From Rhodospirillales bacterium (GTDB lineage: Bacteria; Pseudomonadota; Alphaproteobacteria; Rhodospirillales; UBA2165), in assembly GCA_965221855.1 (NCBI GenBank), contig CBDCSV010000010.1, forward strand, positions 131,650 through 195,649: a stretch of DNA of 64,000 nucleotides, given 5' to 3'. Every line of letters starts with the position of its first letter. The first letter of the stretch is position 1. Of this stretch, positions 8,540 to 16,645 are shown in pieces. The position numbers and the translations under genes were made by a program. The notes under the pieces were generated by a model, which did not search any database, had not been told where the DNA came from, and worked only from the letters and a program-made list of their open reading frames with translations.

Positions 8540-9973
8540 ATGAGTTTCGACGACCTCGGCTTAAGCGAAGAGGTCCTCCGCGCCGTCGCCGACGCGGGCT
8601 ACACCGATCCGACGCCGATCCAGGCGAAGGCCATCCCCCATGTCCTGATGGGACGCGACATTCTCGGCTGCGCGCAGACCGGCACCGGCAAGACCGCGTC
8701 GTTCACCCTGCCGATGATCGACATCCTGGCCGCCGGCCGGGCGCGCGCCCGGATGCCCCGGACGCTGATCCTGGAGCCGACCCGGGAGCTCGCCGCCCAG
8801 GTCGCCGAGAATTTCGACACCTACGGCAAGTACCACAAGCTCTCCAAGGCGCTGATCATCGGCGGCCAGTCCATGGACGACCAGTACAAGCTGGTCGACC
8901 GGGGCGTCGACGTGCTGATCGCGACGCCGGGGCGGCTGATCGATCTGTTCGACCGGGGCATGCTGCTGCTCAGCGACGTGAAAATCCTGGTCATCGACGA
9001 GGCCGACCGGATGCTCGACATGGGCTTCATACCCGACGTGGAGCGCATCGTCGGCCTGCTGCCCAAGATGCGCCAGACCCTGTTCTTCTCGGCCACCATG
9101 CCGCCGGAAATCCGCCGCCTCGCCGACGCCTTCCTGATGAACCCGAGGGAGATCACCGTCGCGCCGCCGGCAACGCCGCTGGAGAAGATTTTCCAGGGGA
9201 TCGTCACGGTGACCCGGAAGGAACGGGGCCGCGGCGGCGGCGGATATCAGAAATTCAAGCGCGAGGCGCTGAGGGCGCTGCTGGAAAAGGAAGACGTGCG
9301 CAGCGCGCTGATCTTCTGCAACCGCAAGCGGGACGTGGATATCCTCTACCGCTCGCTTGTGAAGCACGGCTTCGACGCGGCGGCGCTCCACGGCGACATG
9401 GCGCAGTCGGCCCGCACCGAGACCCTGGGGAAATTCAAGGCCGGCGAAATCAAGCTGGTGGTGTGCAGCGACGTCGCCGCGCGCGGCATCGACATCATCG
9501 AGCTCAGCCACGTCTTCAATTTCGATATCCCGACCCACGCCGAGGACTACGTTCACCGGATCGGCCGCACCGGCCGCGCCGGCCGCGAGGGCCGCGCCTT
9601 CACGCTGGTGACGCCCGAGGACGGCAAGTACCTCCACGCCATCGAACGGCTGCAGGGCCGCAAGATCGAGGAAATCCACGCCGGCCCCGGCAAGCCGGGC
9701 CGCGGGGCGCTGGCGAAACAGGACGACGCCGGGCCGGAAAAGGGCGCTTCCGGGCGCAAGGATGGCCAGAAATCCCACAAGAAATCCGCTGGGCCCAAGC
9801 GCGACGGCAAACGGGACGGCAGGCCAGAGAACAGGCAAGACGGCAGGCAGGACGGCCGGCGGAACGAAAAGCGCGGCAAGGAGCCCGGACGGGCCGGGAA
9901 GGACGAAGCGGTCGTCGGGATGGGCGACCACGTTCCCGCGTTCATGCTGCGTCCGGCGAGGGCGCCCGGATAG
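8540..9973 (+). CDS. DEAD-box RNA helicase (RhlE-like)
   Basis: Q motif PTPIQ, AQTGTGKT, PTRELA, DEAD, SAT, HRIGRTGR; basic low-complexity tail. Confidence 0.95.
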   Translation: MSFDDLGLSEEVLRAVADAGYTDPTPIQAKAIPHVLMGRDILGCAQTGTGKTASFTLPMIDILAAGRARARMPRTLILEPTRELAAQVAENFDTYGKYHKLSKALIIGGQSMDDQYKLVDRGVDVLIATPGRLIDLFDRGMLLLSDVKILVIDEADRMLDMGFIPDVERIVGLLPKMRQTLFFSATMPPEIRRLADAFLMNPREITVAPPATPLEKIFQGIVTVTRKERGRGGGGYQKFKREALRALLEKEDVRSALIFCNRKRDVDILYRSLVKHGFDAAALHGDMAQSARTETLGKFKAGEIKLVVCSDVAARGIDIIELSHVFNFDIPTHAEDYVHRIGRTGRAGREGRAFTLVTPEDGKYLHAIERLQGRKIEEIHAGPGKPGRGALAKQDDAGPEKGASGRKDGQKSHKKSAGPKRDGKRDGRPENRQDGRQDGRRNEKRGKEPGRAGKDEAVVGMGDHVPAFMLRPARAPG

Positions 9974-10049
9974 CCGCTTTGACAATCCCCCGCCTTTGAC
10001 CTCAAACTGGCGGCGTCGGTTACGAAATTTCCCCGGGGAGGACCGCTCC

Positions 10050-10292
10050 ATGCAGACGATTTTCGTGCAAGTGAAGTGCGAGCTCGGCGAGGCCTATTCC
10101 GTCGCCGGCCAGGCGGTCGAAACGGTGGAACAGGTCTCCGAGGTCCACTCCATATCCGGCGAGCACGACCTGCTGATCAAGTGCTATCTCGACGATGCCA
10201 CCGACATCGGGCATTTCGTCACCGAACAGATCCAGCGCATTCCCGGCGTCAAGGACACCTTCACCCTGATCACCTTCAAGGCGTTTTCGTAA
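10050..10292 (+). CDS. Stand-alone Lrp/AsnC ligand-binding-domain protein
   Basis: 80 aa; VSEVHSISGEHDLLIKC...IPGVKDTFT. Confidence 0.8.
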   Translation: MQTIFVQVKCELGEAYSVAGQAVETVEQVSEVHSISGEHDLLIKCYLDDATDIGHFVTEQIQRIPGVKDTFTLITFKAFS

Positions 10293-10319
10293 GCCGCCCC
10301 GCGAGCGTCGCGGCCTACC

Positions 10320-10470
10320 ATCACCCCAACCCTCTCTCAGAGGGAGAGGGAGCTTGCCGTGCGTCCCCTCTCCCCCTTCTTTCCAGCCTTCGTAGCCGAA
10401 GGCTACTTCGGCGGAGTAGGCCAGGGGGAGAGGGTCAGGGTGAGGGGGTCATAAGAAATGAGCGTGGGGG
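10320..10470. repeat. Composite REP-like element
   Basis: Two hairpins; the second carries the loop insert CCTTCGTAGCCGAAGGCTACTTCGG, identical to that at about 23620-23690. Confidence 0.8.
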
Positions 10471-10718
10471 ACTGGACTCCGGCGGCAAATCGCACACATT
10501 GATAGGGGAGCATGGTTCGCGGGTCTCGCCACAGGGATTCCCGCGCGCAAAAATGCGCGCAAAGGCGCCGAATTGGAATTTAACCAAGTCATCAAATGTC
10601 TATTAATGTCCATGAATGTCCATTACAGCCCGCGCGATCGGGCCTGAATCGAAATTTTTGTTGGAAATATATTCCAAGGCCGATTATGACGGATCGCGCG
10701 GACGGCGGACGGGAACGG

Positions 10719-11861
10719 TCAGAGGTAGTACGCCCTGAGGGGCGGAAAGCCGTTGAAGCCCACCGACGAATAGCTCGCCGTATAGGCCCCGGCATCGAGT
10801 ATGTCGATCTTGTCGCCGGCCTTCAGGTCCATGGGCAGGCGGTACTCGGCGCGCTCGTAGAGGATGTCCGCGCCGTCGCAGGTCGGGCCGGCGAGAATCA
10901 CCGGGCCGGTCTCGCCATCCGGATGTCCGGCCGGATGTCCGGTCCTGAGCGCATACTGGATCGCTTCGTCCATGGTCTCGGCCAGCCCGCCGAACCTGCC
11001 CACGTCCAGGTAGACCCAGCGGACCCGTTCGCCGTATCCCTTGGCCGAGACCAGCACCACCTCGGCGCGGACGAGGCCCGCATTGGCGGTCAATATGCGC
11101 CCGGGCTCGATCATCAGGGCCGGCGGCCGGTTGCCGAAGGCGCGGGCGATTTCGGTCCGGATGGCTTCGGCCACCTCCGGCAGTTCGGGAACGTCGTCCC
11201 GGTAGCGGATGGGGAATCCGCCGCCGAGATTGACCAAATCCAACATGATCCCCTTTTCCGCCAGCGTGGTGAATATGCGCGCCACCTCGCCGATGGCCGC
11301 CTGCCAGGGGCCCAGTTCGGTCTGCTGGGAGCCGACGTGAAACGAGATGCCCCGCGCGGCCAGGCCCGCGTCCCGCGCCTTGACCATCAGATCGACCGCC
11401 ATCTCCGCCGAACAGCCGAATTTGTGGGAAAGCGGCCAGGCCGCGCCCCGGTTGGCGACCAGCATGCGGCAGAACACCTCCGAGCCGGGCGCCGCCACGG
11501 CGAGCTTCTCCAGTTCCGGTTCGCTGTCGAAGGCGAACAGCCGCACGCCCCGGCTGTAAGCGGCGGCGATATCGTCCAGCTTCTTGGCGGTGTTGCCGAA
11601 GGCGATGCGGGACGGGTCCACGCCGGCGGCCAGGCACCGCTCGATCTCGGACAGGCTCGCCGCATCGAAACTGGAACCGAGTCCGGCCAGCCGCTGAAGC
11701 ACCGGCGAGGCCGGATTGGCCTTCACCGCGTAATGGATTTCGGCTTGCGGCAGCGCCGAGCGCAAGGCGCCGTAGTTTGCCGAGATCACGTCGAGATCGA
11801 CCACCAGACAGGGGGTGTCCGGCTGCCGCTCGGCGAGAAATCGGTCGATTTTAGGCGTCAT
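10719..11861 (-). CDS. Fold-type III PLP-dependent (ornithine/lysine) decarboxylase
   Basis: YAVKANP, FDAASLSE, SFHVGSQ, NLGGGF, EPGR, GPTCDGAD, GAYT. Confidence 0.92.
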   Translation of the reverse strand: MTPKIDRFLAERQPDTPCLVVDLDVISANYGALRSALPQAEIHYAVKANPASPVLQRLAGLGSSFDAASLSEIERCLAAGVDPSRIAFGNTAKKLDDIAAAYSRGVRLFAFDSEPELEKLAVAAPGSEVFCRMLVANRGAAWPLSHKFGCSAEMAVDLMVKARDAGLAARGISFHVGSQQTELGPWQAAIGEVARIFTTLAEKGIMLDLVNLGGGFPIRYRDDVPELPEVAEAIRTEIARAFGNRPPALMIEPGRILTANAGLVRAEVVLVSAKGYGERVRWVYLDVGRFGGLAETMDEAIQYALRTGHPAGHPDGETGPVILAGPTCDGADILYERAEYRLPMDLKAGDKIDILDAGAYTASYSSVGFNGFPPLRAYYL

Positions 11862-12044
11862 GTGCGCTCCCGGCCGCTACCAAGGCCGAGCCGGGTTATA
11901 CGACAATTTCGCCGGTTTCAAAGGGAAAACCGGGCAATACCCGACCGGAATACCTGGACATTTTTTGTGGACGATATAAATATCCCCCAAAGCTATGGTA
12001 AACGCCGGCGATTGCCGCCGCCCGGCCCGTTGACGAGGTAAGAG

Positions 12045-12875
12045 ATGTTCATTCAAACCGAAGCCCTGCCCGACCCGGATCGGCTGAAGTTCATTCCCGG
12101 CGAGGCCGTTTTGCCCGGCGGTTCGGCGGAGTTCCCCGACGAGGAATCGGCGGAGCGTTCGCCCCTCGCGGAGCGCCTGTTCGGTGTCGACGGCGTTGCC
12201 GGAATCACCCTCCACGCCGATCACGTGGTGGTCGAAAAGGACCCGGACCTGGATTGGATGGTGATGAAGCCGATGGTCCTCGGCGCGATCATGGATCACT
12301 ACACGTCCGGCGCGCCGGTGATGCACGGCATGGAAGCGGGAGCCGCCGAAGACGCCCCCGCCGACGAATCCATCGTCGCCCAGATCAGGGAAATCATCGA
12401 CACCCGGATCAAGCCCGCCGCCCAGCAGACCGGCGGCGACGTCGATTTCGTCGATTTCAAGAACGGCGACGTGCTGGTCGAGTTCCAGGGATCGGCCTTC
12501 TCGCTGATCGGCGGCATGACCAACGTGCTGCGGCACTACGTGCCGGAGGTAGTCGCGGTGAAGGACTACCGGGATGCGCTGCCCAAGCCGGGATTGGATA
12601 CGGCCGAGGCCAAGAGCATCCAGACGGTGCTGGACGAGCGGATCAACCCCGCCGTCGCCAGCCACGGCGGCCATATTTCGCTCATCGACGTACAGGGCGA
12701 TATCGCCTATGTCCGCCTCGAAGGCGGCTGCCAGGGCTGCGGGATGGCCGACGCCACCCTCAAGCAGGGCATCGAAACGGAGATCAAGGAAGCCGTCCCC
12801 GCCATCAGCCAGGTGCTCGACGTCACCGATCATGCGGGCGGCACCAATCCCTATTACCAGCCGGGCGCCATGTAG
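12045..12875 (+). CDS. Nfu-type Fe-S biogenesis protein (Nfu_N plus two NifU-C domains)
   Basis: MFIQTEALPDPDRLKFIPG N-domain; IKPAAQQTGGDV and INPAVASHGGHI...GGCQGCG. Confidence 0.88.
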   Translation: MFIQTEALPDPDRLKFIPGEAVLPGGSAEFPDEESAERSPLAERLFGVDGVAGITLHADHVVVEKDPDLDWMVMKPMVLGAIMDHYTSGAPVMHGMEAGAAEDAPADESIVAQIREIIDTRIKPAAQQTGGDVDFVDFKNGDVLVEFQGSAFSLIGGMTNVLRHYVPEVVAVKDYRDALPKPGLDTAEAKSIQTVLDERINPAVASHGGHISLIDVQGDIAYVRLEGGCQGCGMADATLKQGIETEIKEAVPAISQVLDVTDHAGGTNPYYQPGAM

Positions 12876-12899
12876 CGCCGCAACTCCCCGGGGGAAACC

Positions 12900-13277
12900 A
12901 TGGCCGAAGAACAGGCGCTCCAGGAGCGGCTCACCAGCTACCTGGGCAAGGAACTCTACGTCATCTTCTCGAAGCCCGAGGCGCCGCGCGACAAGGTGCG
13001 CGAGGTCTCGCCCGCCCACCTCGATCATCAGGTGCGGCTGGAGAAGGAGGGCATTCTCTACGGCGCCGGTCCGGTGTTCGACGAAGGCGCCGACGCGCCC
13101 GTGTTCGGGATGATCGTCATCCGGGCCGGAGATTTCGACGAGGCTCGGAAAATCGCCGAGTCGGACCCCATGCATTCCACCGGGGTGCGCTCCTACGAAC
13201 TCCGCAAGTGGAAGATGAACGAGGGGTCGTTCCAGGTCACCATCAACTTCTCGGACCAGTCGGCGGACATCGGGTAG
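12900..13277 (+). CDS. YciI-family protein
   Basis: PAHLDHQ...GILYGAGP...GMIVIRA...IAESDPMH. Confidence 0.75.
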   Translation: MAEEQALQERLTSYLGKELYVIFSKPEAPRDKVREVSPAHLDHQVRLEKEGILYGAGPVFDEGADAPVFGMIVIRAGDFDEARKIAESDPMHSTGVRSYELRKWKMNEGSFQVTINFSDQSADIG

Positions 13278-13280
13278 GCC

Positions 13281-13919
13281 CTACATCCGGTCCCTTTCAG
13301 CCCGTTCCGAATTCACCACATGCCACATGAACCGGGCGGCGACGCTGCGCCACGGGCGGTAGATTTCGCCCGCCGCCAGCATCTCGGCGCGGGTGGGGCG
13401 CCGGGGCAGCCCCTTGAGCTTCTGGTAGCCGACGACGATGCCGAGGTCGTCCACCGGCCACAGGTCGGGCCGCTTCAAAGCGAACAGCAGGTAGACCTGG
13501 GCAGTCCACGGGCCGATGCCCTTCAGCGCGGTCATCGCCTCGATGGCGTCGTCATCGGCCTGGCGGGCCACCGCGCGGAGGCTGAGGTCGCCGTCCACCA
13601 GGGCTCTCGCGATGGCGCGGCCATAGGCCCCCTTCTGGCGGCTCAGGCCCACCTTCCGGTGGTCGTCGTCGGTGAGACCGAGAAAGACTTCCGGGGTCAT
13701 GGGGTCGGCATATTCGTTGAGCCGCGCCTGGATGGCCCGGGCCGAGGCGGTCGAAACCTGCTGGGCGCAGATGATCTTGAACAGGGAATCGAAACCCGGC
13801 CGGCGGCCGCGCACGGGCGGCGGGCCGAGTTCCTCGTAGGCGCGCCTGATGTCGGGATCGCGCCGGGCGAGTTCGGTCAGCGCCTCGGCCATCACCGATT
13901 TGGTTATTTTAGTCGTCAT
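13281..13919 (-). CDS. alkA: DNA-3-methyladenine glycosylase II (AlkA family)
   Basis: IICAQQVS, HhH LKGIGPWTA, DLWPVDDLG, YRPWRSVAA. Confidence 0.88.
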   Translation of the reverse strand: MTTKITKSVMAEALTELARRDPDIRRAYEELGPPPVRGRRPGFDSLFKIICAQQVSTASARAIQARLNEYADPMTPEVFLGLTDDDHRKVGLSRQKGAYGRAIARALVDGDLSLRAVARQADDDAIEAMTALKGIGPWTAQVYLLFALKRPDLWPVDDLGIVVGYQKLKGLPRRPTRAEMLAAGEIYRPWRSVAARFMWHVVNSERAERDRM

Positions 13920-13967
13920 GCCGGGGAGCTAAACTCACGGGGACCGCATCCGCAAGGGAGATGACGC

Positions 13968-14759
13968 GTGATTGTCGAGCAAATCTGGACCAACAACGAT
14001 TTCCGCAATTTCAACTACCTGATCGCCTGCCCGGAGACCGGCGAGGCGCTCGCCGTCGATCCGCTGGAGTTCGGCCAGTGCCTGGATGCGGCCAGGGACC
14101 GGGGCTGGGAAATCACCCAGATCCTCAACACCCACCACCACCACGATCATACGGGCGGCAATGCCGGCATGGTCGCGGCCACCGGCGCCAGGATTCTCGC
14201 CAACGCCAAGGCCAGGGACGACATCCCGGAGATGGATATCGGCCTCGATGCGGGCGACGTGGTGAAGGTGGGCAGGACCGTCGAGCTCGAGGCCATGGAT
14301 ACGCCCGGCCATACCATGAGCCACGTCTGCCTGCTGTCGCGCACCGATCAGCCGGCGCTGATCTGCGGCGACACGCTGTTCAACGCGGGGGCCGGACACT
14401 GCAAGGGCGGCGGCCACCCGGAGCCGCTCTACGAAACCTTCGCCCGACAACTGGCGGTCCTTCCGGACAATACGCTGATCTACCCAGGCCACGACTACAT
14501 CGAGAACAACCTCGGTTTCACCCTCGACCGGGAGCCCGACAACGCGCGCGCCGCCAGCCTCAAGGAAGAGGTCGCGGGCCAGGACACCAACCGGGCGATG
14601 GTGACGACCCTGGCGCTGGAGAAGGAGGTCAACACCTTCTTCCGGCTGCAGAGCCCGACGGTGATCGCCCGGCTGCGGGAAGCCTTCCCCGACCTCCCCG
14701 ACGAGCCCGACGAGAAGACCGTGTTCCTGAAACTCCGGGAACTGCGGAACGACTGGTAG
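13968..14759 (+). CDS. gloB: Hydroxyacylglutathione hydrolase (glyoxalase II)
   Basis: THHHHDHTGG, TPGHT, GDTLF, YPGHDY. Confidence 0.88.
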   Translation: MIVEQIWTNNDFRNFNYLIACPETGEALAVDPLEFGQCLDAARDRGWEITQILNTHHHHDHTGGNAGMVAATGARILANAKARDDIPEMDIGLDAGDVVKVGRTVELEAMDTPGHTMSHVCLLSRTDQPALICGDTLFNAGAGHCKGGGHPEPLYETFARQLAVLPDNTLIYPGHDYIENNLGFTLDREPDNARAASLKEEVAGQDTNRAMVTTLALEKEVNTFFRLQSPTVIARLREAFPDLPDEPDEKTVFLKLRELRNDW

Positions 14760-14769
14760 GGCGCATCCT

Positions 14770-14930
14770 CCGGGAAATTCCCCCTCACCCAGCTACGGCT
14801 AAGGCGGGCTACCGCCCGCCAAGCCTTCGCAACCCTCTCCCTCAGGGAGAGGGAACGCACATGAAATTCCCCTCTCCCCCTTGGGGGAGAGGGTCAGGGT
14901 GAGGGGGTCACGGGAAATGAGCGTGAGGCC
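14770..14930. repeat. Composite REP-like element
   Basis: CCCCTCACCCAGCTACGGCTAAGG module plus two CCCTCTCCC/GGGAGAGGG hairpins. Confidence 0.8.
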
Positions 14931-14935
14931 GTACC

Positions 14936-16195
14936 CTATTCCGCGGGCTGCTGGGCGGTTTCCCGGGCGCCGCGGGACCGCGCCGCCCAGCCGGCGGCGA
15001 CGGCGAAGCCCAGCGTGACCAGCATCAGCACCGCGGAGGTGAAGAACAGCCACGCCGGCGCGTTCTGGTCCATGATCGAGCCGTAGAGCACCGGGCCGAA
15101 GAACCCGCCGACGGAGAACCCGGTGGAAACGAAGCCGAACGCTTTGCCGGTCGCGCCCGCCGGCGCGATGGAGGCGACCATCAGGTCCCGGGACGGCATC
15201 ACCGCGCCGATCATGAAACCGACGAAGGCGAGCCCGACGACCACGCCGCCCACCGGCGCCGCCGACATGCCGACGAGGATCAGGACGGCCGCGGAGAGGG
15301 AGTAGCCGACGGCGGCGATGGCGTCGAAGCGCTTGAGCCAGGTGGTGACCATGCCGCCGGCGAACACCCCGATGGTGATGCCCCAGAGATAGATGGCCAG
15401 CGTCTGGTTGGCGGCCACCAGGCCGATCTCGAACATCTCGATCATCGCCGGAATGCCGAAGGTCTGGATGCCGTTCCCCGACAGGGCGGTCGCCACGTAG
15501 AAGCCGAACATCAACAGGATGGGCGTGGTGAAGATGAACGATCTGCCGGCGGCCTTGCCGGTGCCGGTCTTGGCGGGATCGGTCCCGGCGGCGGGCGCCC
15601 GGAACTCCCGGTCGTTGAGGAAGCGGGCGAAGACGATCAGCGATACGGCGCCGATCATCCCGGCGATGCCGAGGATATGCATGATCTCGCGCCAGTCGAA
15701 GTTCGGCGCCAGGAAGCTGACCACGGTCGGCGTCGCGGCGAACCCCAGGAATCCGGCGCTGGTGTGGATGGCGTAGGCCTTGCCCCGCCACGGCCCGCGG
15801 ACCCGGGCGGTCATGATGGTGTAGTCGGAGGGGTGGAACTGGCTGTCGCACAGTCCGGCGACGGCGGCGAGCGCGACGAGCACCGCCACCGAGTCGGCGA
15901 AACCCATGAGGAACATGCAGGCCGAAATGCCGATCAGCCCGAAGATGATGAAGGGCCTGGCGCCGTAGCGGTCCATGACCACGCCCGCGGGGTACTGGCC
16001 GGCCGCCGACATGCCGGCATAGGCGGTCATGATCAGGCCGAACAGCATGAAGGCGCTCTCGGCGCCGAGGTCGGCCTTGATCAGCGGCAGCAGCGCCGGC
16101 ACCACGAGGATGTAGAAGTGGCTGAAAAAATGAGCCATGGAGACCAGGCCGATGGCCAGGACCTCGTGGCTCCGGCGTGTGCCGGGTTCGCTCAT
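14936..16195 (-). CDS. MFS transporter
   Basis: About 12 hydrophobic segments; AGVVMDRYGAR motif A; start set to MSEPG at 16195. Confidence 0.88.
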   Translation of the reverse strand: MSEPGTRRSHEVLAIGLVSMAHFFSHFYILVVPALLPLIKADLGAESAFMLFGLIMTAYAGMSAAGQYPAGVVMDRYGARPFIIFGLIGISACMFLMGFADSVAVLVALAAVAGLCDSQFHPSDYTIMTARVRGPWRGKAYAIHTSAGFLGFAATPTVVSFLAPNFDWREIMHILGIAGMIGAVSLIVFARFLNDREFRAPAAGTDPAKTGTGKAAGRSFIFTTPILLMFGFYVATALSGNGIQTFGIPAMIEMFEIGLVAANQTLAIYLWGITIGVFAGGMVTTWLKRFDAIAAVGYSLSAAVLILVGMSAAPVGGVVVGLAFVGFMIGAVMPSRDLMVASIAPAGATGKAFGFVSTGFSVGGFFGPVLYGSIMDQNAPAWLFFTSAVLMLVTLGFAVAAGWAARSRGARETAQQPAE

Positions 16196-16329
16196 GCGCC
16201 AAGGTCGCTCATATGATGCTCCCCTGCCCCAATGTCGGGCGTCGATCATCTGCCTATCCCGACCGCCCGCCACTTGCAAGGCCCAGGGTCTGCATTCGAT
16301 TAGGGAAATCCTGTTTTCACGCCCTCAAA

Positions 16330-16630
16330 AAACCTTTCCCTCTCCCCTGGAGGGAGAGGGTTGCGGAGGCTTGGCGAGTTAGGGCACAAAGCGAACGCAA
16401 AGGTCAATTCTGCGAATTGACCGGGACTGCCCAAGCGAGCCCTAGCCGTAGCTGGGTGAGGGGGAAAAGGATTTCACCACAGAGACACAGAGATCACAGA
16501 GAGGGACTGAATCACCCCCTCACCCTGTCCCTCTCCCCCAAGGGGGCGAGGGAACGCACGGCAAGCTCCCTCTCCCTCTGGGAGAGGTCGGTCATTTCCC
16601 ACAGGGAATTGACCAGGGTGAGGGTGATAT
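16330..16630. repeat. Large composite REP-like cluster
   Basis: Three hairpins, an inverted AGCTACGGCTA module and a TTTCACCACAGAGACACAGAGATCACAGAG module. Confidence 0.8.
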
Positions 16631-16645
16631 GGAGATTCCGCCCCG

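Noticed and set aside
11862-12044. speF-type leader or riboswitch before the decarboxylase
   Set aside because: The leader appears short (promoter-like TTGAAA...TATAAC about 40 bp from the ATG); no structure I can support
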